Assembly (NCBI GenBank): GCA_002269645.1
Contig: NIVC01003185.1
Location: 1-64,000 of the forward strand
DNA length: 64,000 nt
Direction of reading: 5' to 3'
Source of the DNA: Macrostomum lignano
Taxonomy: Eukaryota
The position numbers and the translations under genes are program-made. Position 1 is the first letter of the stretch. Every line of letters begins with the position of its first letter. Below the pieces are notes generated by a model. That model searched no databases. It was not told where the DNA came from and saw only the letters and a list, made by a program, of their open reading frames with translations. Below are positions 19,787-31,464 of this stretch, in pieces.

Positions 19787-22700
19787 ATGCGCTTAAAGCA
19801 TTTAAAGACAATTCACCAACCAGCAGAAGGATCTGCTAGAATAGCTTGTTTGGCTTTCTCGCCCAACGGCAAAAAGTTGGCCATCTGTACCAGCGAGCGG
19901 GTCGTCCAACTCTACGATGATAGCGGCGAACGGAAGGACAAATTTGCCACTAAGCCCAGCGACTCCAAGTACAGCAAGAACAGCTATCACGTGACCGCGA
20001 TCGCATTCGGCCCGGACTCGGCTAAGCTGGCCGTAGCCCAGACCGACAACATTATCTACGTGTACAAGATTGGCGAAAACTGGGGCGACAAGAAAGTTAT
20101 CTGCAACAAATTTCCGCAGCAGTCGGCTGTCACAGCCATGATCTGGCCCCCGGAGCAGCAGATTATCTTTGGCTTAGCCGAGGGTAAAGTCCGGCTGGCG
20201 AACACGCGGAACAACAAGTCCAGCACGCTCTACAGCAGCGAATCTCTGGTGGTGAGCCTGGCGTCCAATCTCTCCGGCAAGGGTTTCGTCTCTGGACATG
20301 CTGACGGTCAGATTGTGCGCTACTTTTTCGAAGACGAAGGCACCGGGGAGACGTCCGGTAAGCTTTGCGTCCATCCGAGCGCGCCCTACGCCCTGTGCTG
20401 GGCCGGCGCCACAGTGGTAGCGGCCGGCTCCGACAAGCGAATCTACGCCTACACGCGCGAAGGTCGGCCTTTGCAGCAGTTCGACTATTCTCGCGACGAC
20501 AACGAGAAAGAATTCACAGTGGCCTGCTGCAGTCCCAGCGGTCAGACGGTGGTTGTTGGCTCATTCAATCGGATTCGACTGCTAAACTGGAGCCCGAGCA
20601 AAGGCACCTGGGAGGAGGGTGCAGCTACCGAGATCGATAATCTGTACACGGTTACGGCCCTAGCTTGGCGCCGCGATGGATCTCGAATCGCCAGCGGCAG
20701 TCTCTGCGGCGCGGTTGATGTGTTTGACTGTTCGACAAGGCGCGCCGTGTACAAGGACAAGTTCGACGTGAAATACGTTGGACCAAGTCAGGTGCTGGTG
20801 ACGGAGATGAAAACTGGTAGAAAAATTGTCATCAAAAGTCACTACGGCTGCGAGGTCAACGATTTAAAAGTGAGTTCAGTGATTTGTGTAAATGATAAAT
20901 GAATCCCCAGAAGTCCTACTCTAGTATTGGCCCACCAGCTGCTTACTTGTGCACTGCTGTGATTTTTACACTGATAGATAGACGTATAGATAGATGCAGC
21001 AGAAGGTTCTCAAACTTAATTTTTCCCAACAGCTATAAATTAAACTTAACATAACAATCAATTCTTCAAATAAAGGTGATGGGAAATGACAAGTACCTTA
21101 TCGCGTACACTACGGAGACACTAATCATCGCCGACATAAAAAACGAACGCGTTAGCGAAGTTCCATGGACAGGAGTCGGCAACGAGAAGTTTTTATTCGA
21201 CTACGAAAACGTGTGCGTCATCTTTCACGACAGCACTCTGTCAATGATCGAGTACGGCCAGCATCAGGTTCTGGGCTCGGTACGCACCGAGAACTTCAAT
21301 CCGCATCTGATCAGCGTAAGAATCAACGAACGAAAACAGCTGAACGTGAGCTCAAATCGGAAGCTGGCCTACCTGATGGACCTCAAGACTGTTTGCATCT
21401 TTGACCTAGATCGGCAATGCACCATCGGCCAGGTGGATCACGATGTGAAAGTTCATTGGCTGGAGTTGAATGAAACCAGCCGGAAGCTGCTGTTCAGAGA
21501 CAAGAAACTGCGCCTGTTCCTCTACGATGTTGATTCAAGCGAGCGGATCGCCCTACTCAACTATTGCTCCTACGTGCAGTGGGTACCAGGTAGCGACGTG
21601 GTGGTCGCCCAGAGCCGGGACACCCTGTGCATCTGGTACAATGTGGACTCACCAGATCGTATCACCAGCCTGCCATTAAAAGGTGACATCATCGGTGTGG
21701 AGCGCCTGGACGGCAAGACCAACGTGATCGTGCGCGATGGCGCCGCCTCGGTGAATTACATGCTGGACGAGGACCTGATCGAGTTCGGCACTTCAATGGA
21801 CGACGGCGATTTTGGCAGGGCTGCGGCTTTCCTGGAATCGCAGGAGCAATCGCCGGAGGTTGAGACAATGTGGAAGACGCTGGCAGACGCGGCATTGCGT
21901 GCTGGCTCCGTGACAGTCGCTGAAAGGTCCTACGCGGCGCTTGGCGATGTTTGCAAAGCCCGCTACCTGCGACAGGTAAGCTGTGTAGTTGCTAAAAAAC
22001 AAAAATTATGTTTCTATTGCGATGAAATTAGGTTTCCAGTGCTTGCTACACAACAAAAACAGGTGGACGAGCTGGTGCAACGGCTGGCAGCGGAGGGCGA
22101 GCCGGACCCGCTGCTGCACTACCAAGTGCAGGCAAAACTGGCCCTGCTGGACAGAGACTTCAAACGGGCCGAGCAGATTTATCTGGAACAGAACGCAGTT
22201 GACGAGGCTATCGAGATGTACAAGTCTATGCAACGCTGGGAGCTGGCTCTTGAGGTGGCAATGGTGAAAAATCATCCCGAGTTGGAGCAGCTCAAGAAAG
22301 GCTACTTGGATTGGCTGAGCCGGACCAATCAGGAAGAGAAGGTAAGAAGGTAGAATGCACAGATGTCTGATGTACTGCAGCTAAATAAATTTCAGTCTCT
22401 GCCAAGCCTTGAGACTTTATTGGAAATATGTTCCGCATCACACTACTGTAGGTAGTTTAAGTCAAGTAAAATGGCAAAAGGACTAACGCCTCCAAAATCT
22501 GAATCACGCCGATAATACGCACAAAAGGAATTCCAGTTCAGTTTAGGAAGCATAATATGCCTTTCTTACAACTAAAACCCGAACGCAGGTCGGCGAGATG
22601 AAAGAGCGCGAAGGCGATTACCAAGGCGCCATCTCTTTCTACCTGAAATCCGGTCTGCCCGGCCGGGCCGCCCAGCTGGCTTTGAGTCGCGACGAGCTGC

Positions 22701-25700
22701 GCTCGAACAACGACCTGATGAGCCGCATCGCGACCGCTTTAGAACGGGCCGAACTGTTTGAAAAAGCTGGCGAACTATTCGAACGCATCGGCAACAATAC
22801 TGAGGCTATGAAGTGCTACAGGCGCGCTAAGGCGTTTCTTCGAGCCGTGGACTTGGCGCGGCACGCCTACCCTTCTGAGGTGGTCCGCCTGGAGGAGGAA
22901 TGGGGCAACTACCTGGCCATGCAGAAACAGATGGACGCAGCTGTACAGCACTTTATCGAGGCCGGAGTTTACACCAAAGCTGTGGACGCTGCTATTGGAT
23001 CGCGACAGTGGCTCAAGGTATTTAGTATAGGTCGACTTGAGAAGCCTAGTTAAAATGCTCTGGAAATACCAAATGGCCTGAGAACAACCGCTATCTATGA
23101 AACGCATTGAGAAAATGAAATAGAGGGGCTTGTAGCCTTGGTGGTCAGAGCGTCGGACTCACGACTTGAAGGTCGGGGATTCGATTCCTGATTCCACTGG
23201 GACACTTTGTATCCTTTGTGCAAGACACTTAACTCTGCATTGCTTCAGTTCACCGAGCTGTAAAATGGGTGCCAGAATTAGCTGGGGTAATTGAGGCTGT
23301 GTGTGACGACCCCTCCCCCCCAGTCCTTGGACTGAACAGCCGTACGCAGCCTTCAGATGCGCCGCGCAATAGCTGCGGCTGAGCTGTCCGGTTGCCGCAT
23401 TAATACAGATGTAATCAATTATTGTTATTATTACGATTATCATCGTAATTATTTTAGAGATATTCAATTTTAAGTTTACTCTCTTTCCGGCTTATTGCGA
23501 GCGAATCACGGCCGAATTTCGCGATTAGACGTCAAATTTAACCTGGGAATCACTTTTTGTAAATAGGAAATTCGTTAGAAAAAAAACTAAAAATTACGCC
23601 TACGATCGTAAATGACTTCATAACTAGTTTACCTATAAACTGGCCCATTTAGTGTTAAGTACAGCTGCACGATAAGAAGTAAGATTCAAGGTCACGTCAG
23701 GATTGTACATGCTGATAAGCGGCGTCTCTGAGAATGCATTACTCCACTTCAACACTTCGCAGGCGGTAGAGATTCTGCGCAACATGGGCGACGCGCCAAA
23801 TTTGAAGCCCTACTACGAAAAGTTGGCCATCCATTTTGCTTCCACAATGGAGCTTGACATCGCCGAGCAGATGTACGTTCAAGCTGGCAATGTGAAGCAG
23901 GCAATCGCCATGTACACGGACGCTGGCAGGCTGGAGGATGCGCACCGGCTGGCGAACAGCCACATGGACCGGCACGAGTTCAGCCAGATGTACACTAAAC
24001 AGGCTGACGAGGCCGAAGCAGCCGGCAGGTACAAGGAGGCCGAGAAACTTTTCCTCACTATTGGCCAGGTAGATCGAGCCATCCGGATGTACAGAAATGC
24101 TCGAATGCACCATGACACGATGCGTCTAGTGCGACAGCACGATCCTGCTAATCTGGCGCAAACTCAGGTAAAGTAACGACCCTATATGAGACTGTCATCT
24201 GTTTTTCCTTCTTTTTCGATTTCTCCCTTCTCTCTTTTTCCATGGTGTCGCGGTAGGACTTCCTTCCGTACTAACCGTTTAGATCGCCTTTCAAGTTTAC
24301 AAGACCATATAAGACGAAAGAGACAACTGTTTGAATCTGACAATTTTCTTGGTACTCGTAACTCTATCAAAAATATTTTGATAATAACTTTTTAGGCGGC
24401 CGTAGCAGCCCAGCTGGCCGAAGAGGGCAACCACAGGCAGGCGGAGCAGTTCTTCTTGGAAGCCGGCGATTGGAAGGCCGCTGTGAAGATGTACCGCCAG
24501 CTGGACATGTGGGAGGACGCCTACAGGGTGGCTAAGAATCACGGCGAGGGACCGGCGGCCAAGCAGGTGGCCTATTACTGGGCCAGGCACCTGGGCGGAG
24601 AGTCGGCAGTTAAACTGCTTACTAGGTATGGTGGATGCCGAGTCTGTCTGTTTGTATTTCTTATCGTCCTTACTAGGGGAACGCAGCCCAGTAGTCTAGC
24701 GCGCCGCTCTGATGTGCCAGAGCGGTCCCAGGCTCGATTCCAAGTGCAGTCACATTAATTTTGGGCTAAATTGGAATCTCGGCTTGGCTCTGCTCGTGCA
24801 ATTAACGGCCTTGAGGCCCAAACCCCAAGACTCAGTGAAGTGTCCATGCCTAGCAATAAATAAGTTAGAGCCGCTTTACACTCCTGTGCGAGTGTGTGCC
24901 TGCTCAGGGGAGTCGGCGGAATGGGCAGTAATGCCTCTCGCCGGTTGTGTGACAATGTCGCTTAAAGTGTGCCAGGGTGCACAGGCCTCTATTAATAAGA
25001 AATCGTGACTGTTTGCAGATTTTTTGTCTGCATTTGTGCCTTGCATTTAAGTGCCCTTAATGTTTCAAGTTTTAAATAAGGTCCTCCTCTAGAAGCCTTG
25101 TTGCATAAAACCATCCTTCAGATTCGGCCTGTTGGAATCAGCCATCGACACCGCCATCGAGAACTCGGCGTTCGACTTTGCTTTCGAACTATCAAAGAAT
25201 CTCATGCAGCATAAGACGCCCGAGATACACTTAAAGTACGCCATGTTTTTGGAAGACGAAGGCAAATTTGCCGAGGCTGAGGAGCACTTCATCAAGGCTA
25301 ACAAGCCCAAGGAGGCTGTGCTCATGCACGTGCACGCTCGTAACTGGGACGCGGCAAGACGCGTAGCGGAGAAACACGACAAGGGCTCGATCCCTGACAT
25401 CCTGGCCGGTCAGGCTCGTCTAGCATTCGAAGAGAAGGAGTTCCAGAAGGCCGAGGCGCTGCTGCTACGGGCAGAACGACCAGAATTGGCCGTGAAATTC
25501 TACAAAGAGGCCGGCATGAAGACGGACGCGTTGCGAGTGTGCAAAGAGTACCTGCCGCATAAACTGGCCCAGCTCTCTGTGAGTTGCCTCCACAGCTGTG
25601 TCTCTGCCTGTATGTCCTATTGTCTTTGGCTGTGTCAGTGTCTGTCAATCCCTACCAAGCTGTGTCAGTGTCTATCTATTCTTACCAAGCTGTATCAGTG

Positions 25701-28700
25701 TCTATCAATCCCTACCAAGCTGTATCAGTGTCTGTCACTTCCTACCAAGCTGTGTCAGTGTCTGTCAATCCCTACCAAGCTGTGTCAGTGTCTGTCAATC
25801 CCTACCAAGCTGTGTCAGTGTCTGTCAATCCCTACCAAGCTGTGTCAGTGTCTGTCACTTCCTACCAAGCTGTGTCAGTGTCTGTCAATCCCTACCAAGC
25901 TGTGTCAGTGTCTGTCAATTCCTACCAAGCTGTGTCAGTGTCTGTCAATCCCTACCAAGCTGTGTCAGTGTCTGTCAATTCCTACCAAGCTGTGTCAGTG
26001 TCTGTCAATCCCTACCAAGCTGTGTCAGTGTCTAAATTCCTAGAGTTGTCAGTTTCTTGCATTTTTGTCTGACAATACGTTTAATCCTTTTTATCGACTG
26101 TCGCCGCATGCACCACAGGAGGAGCTCGAGTACGAGGCCACCGCCCAGAAAGCGGACGGCATTCAGAATCTGATCAGAGAGGCCAAACAATACGAGGCCT
26201 CTGGTAACCACCTGAAAGCGGTGGAGATGTACCTGAAGCTCACAACCGACGTCACGAACGACGAGTCGATGTTGGCAGGCGCCTGGCGCAAAGCCGCCGA
26301 CCTCGCCGTGAAATTCCTTAGCGCCGACAAGCACGAAAAAGTGGTAGACATTGTTGCCAACCGGCTGAAATCGATCGGGCGTCACGCGGACGCAGCCGAG
26401 GTCTACCTGCGCGTAGAGATGGTCCAAGAGTGCGTGGACGCCTACATCAGCGCCGAGGATTGGTCTAACGCGCGACGGGTTGCTAAGCAACTGGAGCCAA
26501 GACTAAACAGCTACATTGAGACAAAGTACAAGGAAAGCCTAACCTCGGCTGGCAACGCTCAGGTGAGAGAGATTCCGATTGAACCCCTAGGCCCAGGGTT
26601 CGATTCCTCTATGCGTGCCTGTGCAGCAATCCGTGTGCTTGGCTTTTGAAATGTTTTAAGCTTAACGTCTGGTGGTTTTGAATGGTCGTAAAACTCACGA
26701 TCCTTGAACGATGGTTGGTTGGTTGTACTGCAGTGACAAACGCAGAATTTTTAATTGGAGGGGGATGCAACTCTAATGGAGGGGCTGGCAGCAGCAGCCT
26801 GAAGGGTCAGCTCAAGCGCCTGCAAGTCAGCAATGAGGCAGTCCGTTAGAGTGGCAGTGCGGGCCTGGCCGCGGCGCCATTGCTCGGTTGACCGGTGCAG
26901 CATGGCCAGGGGCAGGATGGACGGGCGCACCGTAGCCCAGGGTCCGTAGGCAGTGGCCCAGCAGCATCTGACGGCGCCGGCGCAGGGTAGTGGAGCGATG
27001 GCGGAGTTCCAGCGTGGGCCATCAGAGCGTTGGTCGGCAGGCGCTCCGGGTAGTGCACGCCCAGCGCGTAGTGAAGCAGCGGTCGGTAGAGCGCGTCCAG
27101 GGCTCGCTCTCGCGTCTCGGTCAGCGGCACAGCCTCAATATGCCGTACAGGAGGATCGGCACCAAGTCTAGTGGATCGGCATACTTAGACCGCAGGCTGA
27201 CACGAGCGATTGTTGGCTATAGAGGCTAAAGAGTTGAGCAAGACGCTTCAGCACTCAATACAGAACTATTGAATGCCTCAATGACTGCAAGTTGGTGTCC
27301 TTAAAATTCATAAACTAGCTAAATTTCATTAGTGAGTACATGCCTGACTATCAGGAAATCAGGGCCGCTGTAAACCCTGTGTGAGCGTGTTTATGAGTGC
27401 GCTTGCATGTGCTCAGGAGTGCCAGGGTGCCCAAACTTTGTTTTTAACGATAACGCCAACAACACTTCACACGAACCCAGGAGCTGGCAGCCACAGGCGA
27501 CGTTGGATCCGCTGTTGACATGCTCGCCGCCAAAGGCCAATGGGAAAAGTGCCTCGCCATGGCCGAGAAGCAGGACTACAAGCTGCTGCACAAATATGTG
27601 GCCATGTACGCTACCAATCTCATCAAGGAGGGCAATACGGAGGCGGCATTGACGCTCTACGTGAAACACGGCGCCCCGGCGTTCCAGCAGAACTACAACA
27701 TCTACCGCAAGATATTTAAGGACGTCATCAGCATGCGGGACATGTGCAAGCCTGGTGCCTATCCGATCTGGGCCGACCTGCGCGACTTCCTGCTCAATTT
27801 GGTGCACAATTTGGAGAAGTCCTCGGACAGGGGCTCGCAGGATCACGAACTGTTTGACCAGCTGCTAACTATTGGGCACTACTGTGCCATTCGGTTAGTA
27901 CTTGCCGACTGGCTTCTCAGACTCCAGGAGCCAGGGCCAGACCCCTTTACCCAAGAGGGCTAAGACAGACAGCTCACTCTTTAATTACTTTTTCACTCAC
28001 TCATAATAGCCACCTCACACCGAAATTAAGCTATGAACCCAGCTAAACACATCGCACGAATAACTAGATGAAAATTAAAATTGCTACTATCGAGTTTAAA
28101 CCCCGAATCGTCATCACAGGTCAGCGATGCTGTCGGACGACTCTTTAAAGCCGCAAGCGACCAAAGTGGCCATCAGTCTGCTGCGATACACGGAGTACAT
28201 GCCGGCCGACAAGGCCTTCTACGAGGCTGGTATAATGTGCAAATCCATCGGCTGGGATAACATGGCATTCGTGTTCCTCAATCACTATTTGGATCTAATC
28301 GAAGCGATCGAGGATCAGGACGATTCGTCCTTAAATCATTCGGATTTCGAGGGCACGGACATACCAGCCGAAGTGCCTCTGCCAGCCTCGCCCCACACTA
28401 ACAGTACAGAGTACGAAGAGGTGAGTACTCGCCGAGTATGCATGGGCGTTTTAGAATACCTAGATAGATTAAATGATTAATAGTTTAGGCTTTTTAAGGG
28501 GTGTAGATTGGATTCAAAGGGTGCAGTTTGGATTCAAGGGGTGCAGTTTGGATTCAAGGGGTGTAGTTTGGATTCAAGAGATGTAGCCTGGATTCAAGGG
28601 GTGTAGTTTGGTTTCAAGGGGTGTGGTTTGGATTGAAGGGGTGTGGCTTGGATTCAAGAGATGCAGTTTGGATTCAAGAGATGTAGCTTGGATTCAATGG

Positions 28701-29167
28701 GTGTAGCTTGGATTCAAGGGGTGTAGCCTGGATTCAAGAGATGTAGCTTGGATTCAAGAGATTTGGTTTGGATTCAAGGGAGTAGCCTGGATTCAATGAT
28801 GTAGCACCAATGATTAGCATAATGCTTTAACAAGATCCACCCTTAACCGCAGGTGAAAGCCTGGATCCTGGAAGTATCAATGAACCAACGCATGGAACAG
28901 ACGCTGCCGAAAGACAATCGAGGCATATTCGAGGCCTCACTAATTGGCGGCCAGATGAGCCCCTATCCGCCATGCGTGATCACCGGTTACCCGGTGCTAG
29001 AGACTGGCGTGCAGTTTAAACGGACGGACAAGACGGCTAACAAAGACGATTATAACAAGATGCTGACGGCCACTAAGATGAGCCACTCTGTGGACTGCCA
29101 GGATGTGCTGAAATTCATCACGAACTGGTGCGGCAATCTGCCAATGCCGACTTACTCGTTCAAGTGA
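19787..29167 (+). CDS. IFT172: Intraflagellar transport protein 172, complete: exons 19787-20869, 21076-21975, 22063-22341, 22589-23017, 23763-24167, 24396-24625, 25122-25578, 26119-26562, 27481-27893, 28120-28420, 28853-29167 (1751 aa)
   Basis: N-terminal WD40 region (MRLKHLKT...KDKFATKP...[15 protein letters not shown]), TPR-like solenoid and C-terminal CVITGYPV...WCG. All ten introns are GT-AG with consistent phase; the total is 5256 nt. Confidence 0.97.
23125..23455 (+). mobile_element. tRNA-derived CORE-SINE, family A (IFT172 intron 4; duplicate at 33325-33655)
   Basis: A box TAGCCTTGGTGG, B box GGATTCGATTCC, CORE-like segment GCAAGACACTTAAC...CTGTAAAATGGG and an (ATT)n-like tail. Confidence 0.85.
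24676..25000 (+). mobile_element. SINE family B copy (IFT172 intron 6; duplicate at 34876-35200). Related fragments at about 27330-27435 (+), 29560-29610 (-), 43200-43370 (-) and 45250-45360 (+)
   Basis: Collinear with 15198-15558, including GGGGAGTCGGCGGAATGGGCAGTAATGCCTCTCGCCGG. Confidence 0.85.
25629..26034. repeat. 30-bp minisatellite (CCTACCAAGCTGTGTCAGTGTCTGTCAATC), about 13 copies, IFT172 intron 7 (duplicate 35829-36234)
   Basis: Direct periodicity; 10-aa repeats in the ORF track. Confidence 0.95.
26770..27160 (-). mobile_element. 3' fragment of an RTE-like non-LTR retrotransposon in IFT172 intron 8 (duplicate about 36970-37360)
   Basis: GC-rich block reading, across frameshifts, [36 protein letters not shown]...[14 protein letters not shown]...[10 protein letters not shown]. 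This resembles the post-RT region of RTE-clade ORFs (LLYG..W.L...R.RRL...GH..R...RGR). Confidence 0.7.
28497..28805. repeat. 20-bp minisatellite (GGATTCAAGGGGTGTAGTTT), about 15 copies, IFT172 intron 10 (duplicate 38697-39005)
   Basis: Direct periodicity. Confidence 0.93.
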
Positions 29168-29749
29168 TTTGGAACGAAAATACAGGATTGCTGAACATAT
29201 ATACTACTAATAGCGACTCGGACTTTGAGCCTAATTAACGCCTACTTTTCTCGTTTAATAATTACTGTTCTGTTTTCTACAACCAAGACAAAATAAAGAG
29301 AGATTATAAATACGAAAGTCGATATTGCACCTGAACGTTTTCAATAGCCTTTGAGCAATATACAGAAATAAAAAATAATATTGTACGGAAGTAGAATAAA
29401 TGTACTTCCTTTAATAAATTTCTGCTTGTTTATACTTTGCACCATTTAAAAACTAAAAAGAACACACCGACAAGAAGTCTTTGGTTAATACTTGATACTG
29501 ACGTAAAAAGAACATATAGGGAAGAGCGATGAAAAAAGATAGCCAAAACTGCATCAAAGAGCAGAGTTACTGCTGAGCCATTCCGCTGACTCTTGAGCAT
29601 ACATGAGCACATGAGCTAGTCTAGGATACGTACTTCTGACACACCATCAATAAAAACTGGCACAATGGCCCGATGACAAAAAAAACAGAATCACAAAAAC
29701 TGACGCGAGTCTGTGTCATAATCAACTGACGCTATTGGGTGAAAAACTG

Positions 29750-31464
29750 TCAAAGACCCGCTCGCCCAATACTGATAGCTTTGCACAACCATTTCGGCGA
29801 CACGAGCGACACCAGGAAGCTGGGAATGCTGATGCCCGCGAGCGCTAATGAGAGCAGCAGACAGCCAATTAGACAGACGAGCGAAGTCAGGGTTGGTGCC
29901 AGGGACATAACAGGATTTGAAGGACTGTTGAGTAGAGTCTGCGGTGTAGTAGAGGGTAGCAAATTGCTATTAGTTGGTTCATGAAGCTAAGAATGATAGC
30001 ACTGACTGAATGTGGACCGTGTCTTTGTGGGGCCTGACTCATCTGACTCAATGTGGACCGTGTCTTTGTGGGGCCTGACACATCTGACTCAATGTGGACC
30101 GTGTCTCTAAGAGGCCTGACTCTTCTGACTCAATTTAGACCGTGTCTTTGTGGGGCCTGACTCATCTGACTCAATGTTGATCGTGTCTTTGAGGGGCCTG
30201 ACACATCTGACTCAATGTTGATCCGTCTTTGAGGGGCCTGACACATCTGACTCAATGTTGATCGTGTCTTTGAGGGGCCTGACACATCTGACTCAATGTT
30301 GATCCGTCTTTGAGGGGCCTGACACATCTGACTCAATGTTGATCCTGTCTTTGTGGGGCCTGACACATCTGACTCAATGTTGATCGTGTCTTTGAGGGGC
30401 CTGACACATCTGACTCAATGTGGACCGTGTCTCTAAGAGGCCTGACACATCTGACTCAATGTTGATCGTGTCTTTGAGGGGCCTGACACATCTGACTCAA
30501 TGTTGATCGTGTCTTTGAGGGGCCTGACACATCTGACTCAATGTTGATCGTGTCTTTGAGGGGCCTGACACATCTGACTCAATGTTGATCGTGTCTTTGA
30601 GGGGCCTGACACATCTGACTCAATGTAGACCGTGTCTCTAAGAGGCCTGACTCTTCTAAGTCAATGTTGATCGTGTCTTTGAGGGGCCTGACACATCTGA
30701 CTCAATGTTGATCCGTCTTTGAGGGGCCTGACACATCTGACTCAATGTTGATCGTGTCTTTGAGGGGCCTGACACATCTGACTCAATGTTGATCCGTCTT
30801 TGAGGGGCCTGACACATCTGACTCAATGTTGATCCTGTCTTTGTGGGGCCTGACACATCTGACTCAATGTTGATCGTGTCTTTGAGGGGCCTGACACATC
30901 TGACTCAATGTGGACCGTGTCTCTAAGAGGCCTGACACATCTGACTCAATGTTGATCGTGTCTTTGAGGGGCCTGACACATCTGACTCAATGTTGATCGT
31001 GTCTTTGAGGGGCCTGACACATCTGACTCAATGTTGATCGTGTCTTTGAGGGGCCTGACACATCTGACTCAATGTTGATCGTGTCTTTGAGGGGCCTGAC
31101 ACATCTGACTCAATGTAGACCGTGTCTCTAAGAGGCCTGACTCTTCTAAGTCAATGTTGATCGTGTCTTTGAGGGGCCTGACACATCTGACTCAATGTTG
31201 ATCGTGTCTTTGAGGGGCCTGACACATCTGACTCAATGTTGATCGTGTCTTTGAGGGGCCTGACACATCTGACTCAATGTAGACCGTGTCTCTAAGAGGC
31301 CTGACTCTTCTGACTCAATGTTGATCGTGTCTTTGAGAGTCCTGACTCATCTGACTACAAATATAGACTGGGATTTAGCAAAGCCGGATAAAACTCTTAA
31401 GAAGACCCACCAGCAGCGAGCAGAGCAGGTGACTTGACCACACAGCTGCGAGCAGGTGCAGTTT
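29750..31464 (-). pseudogene. Orphan 3' end of APH-1 (54 bp of exon 4, intron 4 and the last exon) created by the duplication
   Basis: Identical to 39950-41664 but joined at 31464/31465 to IFT172 exon 2 sequence; no upstream APH-1 exons. Confidence 0.85.

Noticed and set aside
30003-31356. CRISPR-like appearance of the 41-bp and 43-bp arrays
   Set aside because: The units are contiguous with no unique spacers, there are no cas genes, and the context is eukaryotic introns or intergenic DNA.
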